Below, piece by piece: positions 45,550 to 54,734 of a stretch of DNA of 64,000 bases (the stretch's first letter is position 1; the number at the start of each line of letters is the position of its first letter). Location of the stretch: contig CAIKWD010000026.1 in the NCBI GenBank assembly GCA_903831095.1, positions 136,477 to 200,476 of the forward strand, in the 5' to 3' direction. A program made the position numbers and the translations under genes. The stretch is from Candidatus Staskawiczbacteria bacterium (GTDB lineage: Bacteria > Patescibacteriota > Minisyncoccia > Minisyncoccales > Staskawiczbacteraceae). A model generated the notes under the pieces. The model had not been told where the DNA came from. It saw only the letters and a program-made list of their open reading frames with translations, and did no database searches.

Positions 45550-47625
45550 ATGACACAGTATAAAATTTTAGAGGAAAAAAATGAATACGACGACAATATA
45601 CTAGATATTTTTGGTAATAGTTTTAAATTTGAACATCCTAAAGGAATTTCGGAATGGTTAAAAAATTCAGCAGACGCATATAAAAGAGACCGTATGTCTG
45701 GGAAAGACCAACCGATTATTTTGAATTTCAGTGATGCTGATAAGAAATCTATTAAATTTACATGTATTGATTTTGTCGGAATGATGGAAGAAGATATTAA
45801 TAAATTCAAGCGTTGGGGAGATCCGATTGCTGCTACTAGGGGTAAAAAGAATTTAACGACATACGGTGGTCATGGGAATGGGGGTAAATTTTATATGAGG
45901 CAGATGTTTGAAAAATCATTTTTTATAACATATAGAAATAACCTTTTAAATATTTATGGATTTAATGATAAAAAAAGATATGGCTATTTAGAAAATTTTA
46001 GAAATATTGAATTATCTCCAGTAGAAGCATTAAAAATCGCCGATATAGATTATGGCATAGTACCACCAAATATTTTAAAGCTAATATTGTCTGGAGATAG
46101 AGGATTTACCGTTTTTAATGGTTTTGGACCAAAAGAGATAAGGGGGGACATAAAAATGGACAAACTACTGCAGAAAATAAGAAACCATCCACAAGCTAGG
46201 TCTGTTTTAGATAGGAACAAAATATCGATTTTTTATAATAATCAGCTTATTGAAGAGAGACTAAATCCAGAAGTTATTAAACCATTGATTGAATTTGAGA
46301 ATGACAGAAAAATAGTTATACCACAAAAAATAAAATTAGGAGATAAGTCAATCACTACTTCTAATAGTGATTTCCCTCAAGGGTATTTATTACTGAAAAC
46401 ATCTGAGACAGCATTTAGCAGCTATACTGCCTTAGAGGAGTTAAATAGGATAGATTTTATTAGTAATAAAATAGGAGTTATAGCATCTTACAAATTATCT
46501 GAACTTGGAGTTAAGACATTTCCTCAAGCAAGTTTTATTTATGGTGAGTGTTTCTGTCCAATATTAGAAAATCCCGATGAAGATATGGTCAGTAATGATA
46601 GGAGCAAATTAAATGAAAGTAATTTAACGAATGCAATGTTGAATTGGGTTTCTGAACAGATAGATTTATTGGCACAGGAAATTTTAAGAAAAGAACAAAA
46701 AGATCGTAAAAAGGTAAAGGCAGAGATATCTTCCAAGTTAAATGAGTATCTAAATAAATGGAAAAATGATAGTAATATAATGAAAAAAGTCTTTTCCGAA
46801 GTTTTTGGTGAAATTGGAAAAGGCGGTATTTCCTCTATCAAGAAACCAACAAGAAAAGAGAATTTAGAATTTATTAATGGTTTAAGTTTTAGTTATTCTT
46901 ATGTTAATTTACCCATAAATGAAGAATCTAATTTGACCCTGAAAGCGAATATTAGCGACATACCAGTAGGAGTGATGATAAATATATCATCAGATAATAA
47001 TCATATTGATATATTAGAAAAGGAAGTCATCATTAAGAATGATTATGTCAAAAAGACCGATAAAGGAGACCCAATCGCAGTAATAAATGTAAAGGTTATA
47101 GGTAATAAGTTGGAAGAGAGAGGAATAGTTGTAGCTACAGCAGGTCAGTATAAGACAGAGATAGGTTTTTCTATTATTGAAAATCAAGAAACTGAAAATA
47201 AAGCGAGTAAGTCGAATGTTAAAATCTTGTTATCAGGTATAGATGAAGATCCGTTGGGCATTGCCTCTGAAGGTAAATTATTTTTAAATCCTAGGGAGCC
47301 ATTGATATATCAAAGACCAAGGGATTTCGATGAGGGGATATATTGGATTAATACCCAGAGCTATCTCGCTGATTCTATATTGGATAAATTAGGAGAAGGT
47401 TCTCTTGTGTGGAGAAATTACTTAATTCAAAGGTATGTCGAGGTTTTCTTAAAAGAAGCTATCTATAAATTACAAAAAAATAACCCAGATTCGTTTAACG
47501 CTGAAAAAGTTGACAATGAAATATTTGGCAAATATAGCACAAGTTTATACGAGAAAATAACGAAAGATTTAGATAGGTTTTTATTAGAAGAATATTATGA
47601 CCCATCGAGTAATTTAAATAAATAA
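45550..47625 (+). CDS. GHKL (MORC/HSP90-like) ATPase protein
   Basis: EWLKNSADA (N box), DFVGM (G1), GGHGNGGK (G2), later SNDR. Confidence 0.75.
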   Translation: MTQYKILEEKNEYDDNILDIFGNSFKFEHPKGISEWLKNSADAYKRDRMSGKDQPIILNFSDADKKSIKFTCIDFVGMMEEDINKFKRWGDPIAATRGKKNLTTYGGHGNGGKFYMRQMFEKSFFITYRNNLLNIYGFNDKKRYGYLENFRNIELSPVEALKIADIDYGIVPPNILKLILSGDRGFTVFNGFGPKEIRGDIKMDKLLQKIRNHPQARSVLDRNKISIFYNNQLIEERLNPEVIKPLIEFENDRKIVIPQKIKLGDKSITTSNSDFPQGYLLLKTSETAFSSYTALEELNRIDFISNKIGVIASYKLSELGVKTFPQASFIYGECFCPILENPDEDMVSNDRSKLNESNLTNAMLNWVSEQIDLLAQEILRKEQKDRKKVKAEISSKLNEYLNKWKNDSNIMKKVFSEVFGEIGKGGISSIKKPTRKENLEFINGLSFSYSYVNLPINEESNLTLKANISDIPVGVMINISSDNNHIDILEKEVIIKNDYVKKTDKGDPIAVINVKVIGNKLEERGIVVATAGQYKTEIGFSIIENQETENKASKSNVKILLSGIDEDPLGIASEGKLFLNPREPLIYQRPRDFDEGIYWINTQSYLADSILDKLGEGSLVWRNYLIQRYVEVFLKEAIYKLQKNNPDSFNAEKVDNEIFGKYSTSLYEKITKDLDRFLLEEYYDPSSNLNK

Positions 47626-47633
47626 ATATCAAC

Positions 47634-48833
47634 ATGGACGGTTTTCAACTAGAGAAAAAGAGATTTACCGCTGATAACATTCTGGATGTTGTGTCTAATT
47701 TTTATGAAGTTAATTCAAAAGTTATAACGGGTTCTTCTAGGATAAAAAATATAGTTGCTATACGATGGATTGTTGTATATATTTTGAGAAAGTATCTAAA
47801 TAAATCATTTCCTTATATCGGTAAAAAATTAGGTAATCGTAATCATACTTCTGTGCTATATGCATACAATAAAATTAGTGATGTCATAGAAAAAAACTCA
47901 GACATTGAACAAGAGGTTAATTCTATTATGTCGTATTTTAGACATGGACTTCCTTTAAGAAAATTCGTGGTCAAAAATACTAACTACCTTATCGTAAAAA
48001 AACAAAGGGATTTAAAATTGAAAAAAGTTTTGAATATTATAAGATCGATAGAAGACTTACCAAATCATGAGTTGTCATTGGAAAACAAAAATAGACAAGA
48101 CAGTATTATTGAAAAATATCAAGATGGATATAGTCTACATGAAATAGGTGAGATATACCGCTTGACTAGAGAAAGAATAAATCAGATTGTCAAAATTGGT
48201 TTACAAAATAATGTAAGAGAAATGGTTGGAAAAGGGTTTACAATAGATTTTAGGGAGTTTTTAAAAGAAGAAAAACAGAAACATATAAAAGCATACAAAG
48301 AAAGACGGGGAATTTTTGAAAAAGAAACCCCTCCCAAAAGAGTAGAAAATAAATGGAGTAGATATTATAATTTTTGTAGGGCATGTCATACAATAATAAT
48401 CCCACATGCCGCACTTGGTTATTGTAAAAAATGTTATACAAAAACAGAGGGTTTTAAAGAGATACAAAATGCTTCTCGTCTAAAAAATATAGAAAAGATA
48501 AAAGCTTATACAAAAAAATATTCTAAAGAATACAATAAAAGGCCAGAAGTCAGGAATAGATTAAGCCTAGCAGCTCTTGGTGGTAATAGGGAAAAAGCAT
48601 TGATAAGAGATGGATACAAATGTAGAATTTGTGGGATGACTCGTGAAGAAAATCATCTAAAATATGGTAGAGACTTAAATGTTGTGCATACTAATGGTAA
48701 TCAGAATCACGATTTAGATTATTTAAAAACTATATGTAAAGATTGCTATACTGACTTCACAACTAAATTAATGAGACAAAATAAAAAAAATATTTATGGT
48801 AAATCAAATATCGCCAAAAGCGGATATTTATAA
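47634..48833 (+). CDS. DnaA domain-IV, sigma-70 region-4 HTH, Zn finger and HNH-like fusion
   Basis: R.KNIV..R.I..Y..R......SFP.IG..LG.R.HT.V.YA; SLHEIGEIY.LTRERINQI; CRAC..CKKC; RDGYKCRICG..ICKDC. Confidence 0.72.
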   Translation: MDGFQLEKKRFTADNILDVVSNFYEVNSKVITGSSRIKNIVAIRWIVVYILRKYLNKSFPYIGKKLGNRNHTSVLYAYNKISDVIEKNSDIEQEVNSIMSYFRHGLPLRKFVVKNTNYLIVKKQRDLKLKKVLNIIRSIEDLPNHELSLENKNRQDSIIEKYQDGYSLHEIGEIYRLTRERINQIVKIGLQNNVREMVGKGFTIDFREFLKEEKQKHIKAYKERRGIFEKETPPKRVENKWSRYYNFCRACHTIIIPHAALGYCKKCYTKTEGFKEIQNASRLKNIEKIKAYTKKYSKEYNKRPEVRNRLSLAALGGNREKALIRDGYKCRICGMTREENHLKYGRDLNVVHTNGNQNHDLDYLKTICKDCYTDFTTKLMRQNKKNIYGKSNIAKSGYL

Positions 48834-49017
48834 GGACGACCTTCTTTTAAATGCCAAAGAAATAAATGAGGTTCGTGGAATACTCCGTATTACGCTTGGA
48901 AAGTATGTGGATAAATTATCAGACGAAGAAGTAAATGATTTTGCTAGTACCATGCTTCGAGTAACAGCGATTGTGCTTAAAGCAAAACATTCGCACGCAA
49001 AAGGTACGCGAGCTTAA
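48796..49017 (+). CDS. Small hypothetical protein
   Basis: 73-aa ORF overlapping the upstream gene in an operon-like array. Confidence 0.5.
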   Translation: MVNQISPKADIYKDDLLLNAKEINEVRGILRITLGKYVDKLSDEEVNDFASTMLRVTAIVLKAKHSHAKGTRA

Positions 49018-49023
49018 TAAGAT

Positions 49024-49482
49024 ATGGGGAATCAAGCATCACTAAAAACATATATTGAAAAAGGTTTTATTGATTTGGCAGATAATGTTGCCTTCAGAAC
49101 TATTAAAGATGGTTGCAATTGTTTTGGTTATAATTACAAAGGGTATCAAAAGGCTGCGGCTCCTCATCCGTATGAATCTGACACCAGATTATGGTTTCCG
49201 AAAATAACCGTGGATAGTATATGGGATAATTCAATCTCAGGCGATGGAAAAGTTATCATTGAAAAATGTACGGATGATAGATTGAGGGCTGAACATGTTG
49301 AAAACTGCCTGAATGATGAAAGAGTAAAAAGAACTGTATTCGCAAGGGAGAAAGATATCTACGGAGAATTAATGTATGTATTTAAAGGATTATTTGAAAT
49401 AGATAGAAATAAATCCAATTCTATAGATGGTGTGTTCTGGAACAGAATAGCTACAAGAGTAAAAACATATCCGCCAATATAA
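49024..49482 (+). CDS. Stand-alone AbaSI/PvuRts1I-like C-terminal (SRA-like) domain
   Basis: YIEKGFIDLADNVAFRT.KD.CNCFGYNYK.YQ....HPYE.DT..WFP.....W.N.IS.DG..I.EK matches my recollection of the AbaSI C-terminal half. Confidence 0.65.
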   Translation: MGNQASLKTYIEKGFIDLADNVAFRTIKDGCNCFGYNYKGYQKAAAPHPYESDTRLWFPKITVDSIWDNSISGDGKVIIEKCTDDRLRAEHVENCLNDERVKRTVFAREKDIYGELMYVFKGLFEIDRNKSNSIDGVFWNRIATRVKTYPPI

Positions 49483-49542
49483 AAAAACATTAGGCGTTGG
49501 TGGGGATTATGGATAAAGTTTTAGAAGATATAAAATAAATTT

Positions 49543-52500
49543 ATGGAAGATGATATTAAAGAAAAATTACTTAAAGAATACACAGGGAAAGAGCCCTTAT
49601 ATATAGAGTTTGCCAAGGAGACAGAAAAATTGCTTAAGGCTTTTTTAGATGGGCAAGATTTTAAATTCTATATTTATAACAGGGCTAAAGAGATGTGTAA
49701 TCTTTCTGAAAAGATTGATAGGAAAGAACAAGAAGGGAAACAGTATGCAAAATTAGAAGACATTGAAGACTTGGCAGGAGTAAGAGTCGTCTTTTATTTA
49801 GAAAGCGACAAGAAGCGGTTTTTAAATCTATTTTTAAGTGAATTCCGTAATTGCATTATTTCTCATGAAGAAAAATATATTTCTAAAGGATATAGGGGAT
49901 CTCATATTATTTTTCACTTAGACGATAAGAGATCGACACCAGCTGAATATCAAAAATATAAGGGGCTTAAATGTGAAATACAAATATTAACAATTCTATT
50001 TCATGCTTGGTCCGAAGTTGAGCATGATATTATTTATAAGCCGAAGGGAGATGCAATACTTCTTAGAACATTGGGGTTGGATGAACTCGAAAAAACTTTT
50101 GAAAAATTGATGGCAGAACATATTCAAGCGGCGACTATCCAGCTTGATTGTATTAATAAAAAATATGAGGAAATAAGACGGGCTGGAGAAATATTAAGCG
50201 TTGATTTTATTAATGATATTATCAATTCAAAAACTAATGACGAAATTTATGAGAGATTAGAAGTAATAGAAAAATTTTATTATAAAAAACCAGATGAAAC
50301 ATTAGTAATTGTTGAAACAGTGCTGAAACAGAAACCATTGGAGCCAGCAGTAATCTACCAGTTTAAGGATAGTCCACTTTATGGCAAGACGCACAAAGAC
50401 ATTGTTTTAAAAGCAATCGACTTGCTCTCATCAATCAGATATTATAAATCAGATGAAGTTTTGGATTTGCTCTCTGTTCTGTCTTTGTCTGAAGATAACG
50501 ATATAAAAAATAAGGCCCTGGATATTGCGAAGAAGTTTGCAAAGTACGATTTTAATATTCTTACTAAGTCAAAAATTGGATATGGAGCACAAAGAAAATC
50601 CCTTGATTATATTTTATCATGGCCGGGAGCAAAAAAAATTGAAAACTTCGATTTTATAGAAGTGATAACGCAAGAACTTCTGGGATCATCAGTTGAAGGG
50701 ACGACGTCTGGGATAAATGCAGAAGCACAATATACTATAACATTACACTCTAATGTTGTTCAGCCGACTGTTTTCTTAAAAAAGATTCGTCGCGACACCA
50801 TTGATTTAATATTTAATCTTTATGAGAACATAAACGACGAAAAGAAAAAGATAAGATTAGTAAGAGTTCTTGAAGAGGTCATAAGAACACCAAGCAGTGT
50901 GGCCTATGGTGAAGATATAGAAAACATGATTAGTGATGATGCTCAATATTTAACAAATATCTATCGAAGTATGCTTTTTAAGGAAGGCAAGCTAGTTGGC
51001 AGTATTTCCGTTGCCGAGGAGATAGAAGAAAGACTCTACTGGTTCCATAAAAATGGAAAACTAAATACGCCAGAATCTAAAAAATTGAGAGAAGATATCT
51101 TAGCAGATTCTTTTTATTCTGTATTTCGTTTATTTGCTGGCGATGATGTTATTTTTCGTGAAGAAGAGGGCTGGGATAAGGCAGAATCAAAACGTAATAA
51201 AGCTATTGATACTAAAATTGGGGAGGTTAACGAATCTAATTTAACTGAGTGGATTAATGTTATCAACAGAATTGCAGACCAAATTGGTTTGGTGGATGAG
51301 TGGAAGTTTAGCCCCTTTAAAATGTTTTTAAGAAAATTAACAGTTAAACAACCAGAGACAGCCTCAATCATACTTAATAATGCTATAGATAATAATGAAT
51401 CAATTAAAATTCTTACAAGGGATATTTTAGATGGTTTTCGTGATGCTGATCGTCTTGATCTATGGGATGCAATTACAGAAAAAATAATAAAGAAGGAAGA
51501 AACTAGTTTGATAGGTTCAATAATATACTCGCTTAATATTGGTAGAGAGGGAGTTGATCTAACAAAAGAAATTCGGGATCAAGATTTAATATTACTTGAA
51601 GACGTTGTAAAACAAACTGGGAAGTTTTCTTTTCTCGCTAATAAGAAAGAAAATAATTTGGTTTTACAACACGCAATTATTAACACCCTTATAAGTAATT
51701 TTAAACGTGATCCTGCTCGTATTGAAGCTCTTATATTAGAAATGATTCGAAAAAATCAAGGCAGGGAAAAATTTCTTATTAGAGAACTAGAATTCGGGAC
51801 TATGAGGTCCATGATTGATTGTAGTGAATTTGGTACAGATAGTATTAATCTTCTAAAATCATCACTTGTAGAATTAGATGATTTAGATTGGAATGCACAA
51901 GGCCTATTATTAAATCTCGGCAAAAAGAATGTGAGAATAATTTTTGATGTATTATGGGATAGGATTGAGAAAGATGTTCAAAAAAAAGAGAGCAAAGGTT
52001 TTGATGGATTAGAACACTATCGGGCAATTCCTTATCATTTCAACGATGATCTTAAAAAACATCTTTTTGCTTGTCCACAATTTCAAGTTTTAGCTGAAGA
52101 ATGGCTCGACAAGGTTACACTTACTTGGTCACCATATAATTGGAATATTAGCCATTTTCTTAAAGAAATAGGCAATTCTTTAACAGTTATACTTAAAAGT
52201 ATGATTGAACGTGGGGATGAGAATAGTTTAACTAAAGCTGTACAGCTAATGGACCGTTTTGAGGGAGGTGATATTGAATTAGGCATAGAGGTAATTAGAA
52301 GAACCAAGAATAAGAAAAATATAAGCCATATTGAGGGGATGTTATTTTCCACTGGTGTTGTCTCTGGAGAAGATGGAATCGCACGTACCTATGAATCTAA
52401 GGCAGAGATATTAAAGAAGTACTTAAACGATGACAATAAGCAAGTAAAATCATTTGCCGAGAAAATGAGTAAAATCCTTGAGGAAAATGCAAAAAGAGAA

Positions 52501-52554
52501 CGACAACAAAATGAGGAAGAAAAACAAATAAGAAAAATAGAGTTTGAGGAGTAG
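49543..52554 (+). CDS. RelA/SpoT synthetase domain fused to a long alpha-helical C-terminal region
   Basis: RAK, DIEDLAGVRVV, GYRGSH, EIQILT..FHAWSEVEHDIIYK within the first ~170 aa; no HD hydrolase, TGS or ACT recognised. Confidence 0.8.
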   Translation: MEDDIKEKLLKEYTGKEPLYIEFAKETEKLLKAFLDGQDFKFYIYNRAKEMCNLSEKIDRKEQEGKQYAKLEDIEDLAGVRVVFYLESDKKRFLNLFLSEFRNCIISHEEKYISKGYRGSHIIFHLDDKRSTPAEYQKYKGLKCEIQILTILFHAWSEVEHDIIYKPKGDAILLRTLGLDELEKTFEKLMAEHIQAATIQLDCINKKYEEIRRAGEILSVDFINDIINSKTNDEIYERLEVIEKFYYKKPDETLVIVETVLKQKPLEPAVIYQFKDSPLYGKTHKDIVLKAIDLLSSIRYYKSDEVLDLLSVLSLSEDNDIKNKALDIAKKFAKYDFNILTKSKIGYGAQRKSLDYILSWPGAKKIENFDFIEVITQELLGSSVEGTTSGINAEAQYTITLHSNVVQPTVFLKKIRRDTIDLIFNLYENINDEKKKIRLVRVLEEVIRTPSSVAYGEDIENMISDDAQYLTNIYRSMLFKEGKLVGSISVAEEIEERLYWFHKNGKLNTPESKKLREDILADSFYSVFRLFAGDDVIFREEEGWDKAESKRNKAIDTKIGEVNESNLTEWINVINRIADQIGLVDEWKFSPFKMFLRKLTVKQPETASIILNNAIDNNESIKILTRDILDGFRDADRLDLWDAITEKIIKKEETSLIGSIIYSLNIGREGVDLTKEIRDQDLILLEDVVKQTGKFSFLANKKENNLVLQHAIINTLISNFKRDPARIEALILEMIRKNQGREKFLIRELEFGTMRSMIDCSEFGTDSINLLKSSLVELDDLDWNAQGLLLNLGKKNVRIIFDVLWDRIEKDVQKKESKGFDGLEHYRAIPYHFNDDLKKHLFACPQFQVLAEEWLDKVTLTWSPYNWNISHFLKEIGNSLTVILKSMIERGDENSLTKAVQLMDRFEGGDIELGIEVIRRTKNKKNISHIEGMLFSTGVVSGEDGIARTYESKAEILKKYLNDDNKQVKSFAEKMSKILEENAKRERQQNEEEKQIRKIEFEE

Positions 52555-52604
52555 TCTCTTTTGTCTGTTCTTGATTATAGAATATTTTAGAGTTAAGATA
52601 AATT

Positions 52605-52803
52605 ACAATTTAATATTGATTGAGTTGCCTAAAACCCTAAAAAGTCATGGCACAAAATTCCTAAGAATAATACCGAACACGTCGTTCAGGCCTCTTATTC
52701 TTAGGTCGTATATCGAAAGATGTACGGGAGAGCAATCTCCGGCTTGGCGGCGTGTTCCGTGTTTACAGACTCAACACACTAGCCATAAAAAGCTGGTTTT
52801 TTG
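52605..52803 (+). ncRNA. Putative structured leader RNA, copy 3 of 3 (divergent), plus downstream terminator-like hairpin
   Basis: GCCTAAAA..CATGG..CCTAAGAATAA/TTATTCTTAGG..GAAA hairpin..GCAA hairpin..GAACACGTCGTTCAGGCC/GGCTTGGCGGCGTGTTC. Confidence 0.65.
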
Positions 52804-52820
52804 TTTATAAAAACAAAACT

Positions 52821-54704
52821 ATGAAAAAACAATTTATATTTCTCGTTATTTTTTCTCTTATAATTTTAGGTTATGCATTTCCGCTGTTCGCAAGGGCTGA
52901 GACATTGCCAGTATGTGTGGCAACTGACTGGTCATGCACTGATTGGGGTGCTTGCCATGCAGATGGCAACTATTTTCAAAATAGAACTTGTAGTAAAACA
53001 GCAAATTGTGAAGGGGGAGTTGCGTCGCCTTCAACCCAACAAATATGTACACCACCCTTCTGTACTTCATGGACATATTCTGATTGGGGTCCTTGCGATC
53101 CTAATCTTGGGTATAAACAGAGAACTGAAATTTCTGCTTTTCCTACGGACTGCATAATCGACTATACAAATGGCCCTGGCCCTATAGATAGGCAGACGTG
53201 TAGTGTTTTCCCGGCATGTACTTCAGGCGATTGGTCATGTGCTGATTGGACCGCATGTTCGCAAAATAATAACCAAACAAGAACTTGTAGTAAAATCTCA
53301 AATTGCCAAGGTGGTGTTGTTTCCCCCGCGACTTCGCAGACTTGTACTTATACTCCAACATGTATTTCATTTGGTTACTCCATATGGTCAGTCTGTTCAT
53401 CTAACGGAACTCAAACGAGAAGTGTTGTCTCAACATTGCCTAGCAGTTGTATCGGAGGTAATCCGGTTTTGACCCAGAGTTGTAGCTATATTAAGCCCGC
53501 TAAATCCTTAGATCAACAATGTAAGGATTATTATGGTGCTAACTACGCATGGAATGACAATAGCGGTAAATGTATCAACCTTGTGGCCCCGCAATCAAAT
53601 TGTACTGCCGACACGTGGACTTGTGGTGCGTGGGGTACTTGTTCACCGCAAGGAATTCAAACAAGGAGTTGCAACAAAACCTATGATTGTTCGTCTGCAG
53701 AGACCGCAGTACCTGTTACAACGCAATACTGTCAGCCCTCCAGCAGCCCCATATATCAAAGTCCAGCAGATACTCAAAATGTTACAAACCAAGGATCGAT
53801 AATAAAAGCAACAGTAAAACTTAAGTGTTGGGTCACTTTAGCTGGTGGCAGAGCGGGGTCCGGTACAATAATAGATTCTGAAGGAATAATACTTACCAAT
53901 AAACATTTGATTACCAACGAAAAAGGGGTAATTGATGTGTCGGGTTGCCATATTGGGTTTATTAACTCTTACAAAGATATACCATATTTTGATGATAGTG
54001 GGAGTGGACATTTTGCAGATATTTATAAGGTGTCTACGAACGAAGATATCGTCTTACTAAAATTAAGAAATCCAAATAATAAGATTCTTCCATCAATAGA
54101 TATTTCAAAGGGAAACAACAACAATTTAAAACTCACTGACGAATTAATTATTTATGGCTATCCCGGAATTGGAGGGGACACTATAACAGTTACGAAGGGA
54201 TATTATAATGGCATAAGAGAAAATTACTTAAAAACCGATGCACTTATCGCACATGGTAATTCAGGAGGAGGGGCATACACCACAAATGGTATATTTATGG
54301 GAATACCAACAGGAGCAATCCCTGACGATATTACTCATCTTGGTTATGTTTTGTCTGTAAATACAATCAATTCCTGGATAAATAATACTCCGGTTGTATA
54401 TTCTCCACTCGACATAAATAATTATTCACGGGTTGCTTCAATATTGGAAAACATGACAGTAGATCAAATAGATAAATTTAAGATATATGCGCCCGGCACT
54501 GAACCAACGAGTTTATCCCAAGATAATGAAAATGTTGTTCCTAAAACTATAAAAAGTTCTACACCACCAATAACTAATCAAAAAATAGAGCCAAATCAGA
54601 TTGCCATGATATTTGGGGCCGGAACCACCCAGCAAGCTAGTCCAGCACTAACCAAAAAAATAACATGGTATCAAAAAATATGGGATTGGTTTATGAGAAA
54701 ATGA
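52821..54704 (+). CDS. Secreted trypsin-like serine protease with TSP1-like Cys/Trp repeats
   Basis: Signal peptide; five W-x-x-x-x-W-x-x-C...Q-x-R repeats; LTNKH, EDIVLL and GNSGG catalytic motifs. Confidence 0.8.
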   Translation: MKKQFIFLVIFSLIILGYAFPLFARAETLPVCVATDWSCTDWGACHADGNYFQNRTCSKTANCEGGVASPSTQQICTPPFCTSWTYSDWGPCDPNLGYKQRTEISAFPTDCIIDYTNGPGPIDRQTCSVFPACTSGDWSCADWTACSQNNNQTRTCSKISNCQGGVVSPATSQTCTYTPTCISFGYSIWSVCSSNGTQTRSVVSTLPSSCIGGNPVLTQSCSYIKPAKSLDQQCKDYYGANYAWNDNSGKCINLVAPQSNCTADTWTCGAWGTCSPQGIQTRSCNKTYDCSSAETAVPVTTQYCQPSSSPIYQSPADTQNVTNQGSIIKATVKLKCWVTLAGGRAGSGTIIDSEGIILTNKHLITNEKGVIDVSGCHIGFINSYKDIPYFDDSGSGHFADIYKVSTNEDIVLLKLRNPNNKILPSIDISKGNNNNLKLTDELIIYGYPGIGGDTITVTKGYYNGIRENYLKTDALIAHGNSGGGAYTTNGIFMGIPTGAIPDDITHLGYVLSVNTINSWINNTPVVYSPLDINNYSRVASILENMTVDQIDKFKIYAPGTEPTSLSQDNENVVPKTIKSSTPPITNQKIEPNQIAMIFGAGTTQQASPALTKKITWYQKIWDWFMRK

Positions 54705-54734
54705 TTGTTAACTACAGGTAAAATAAAATTATAA

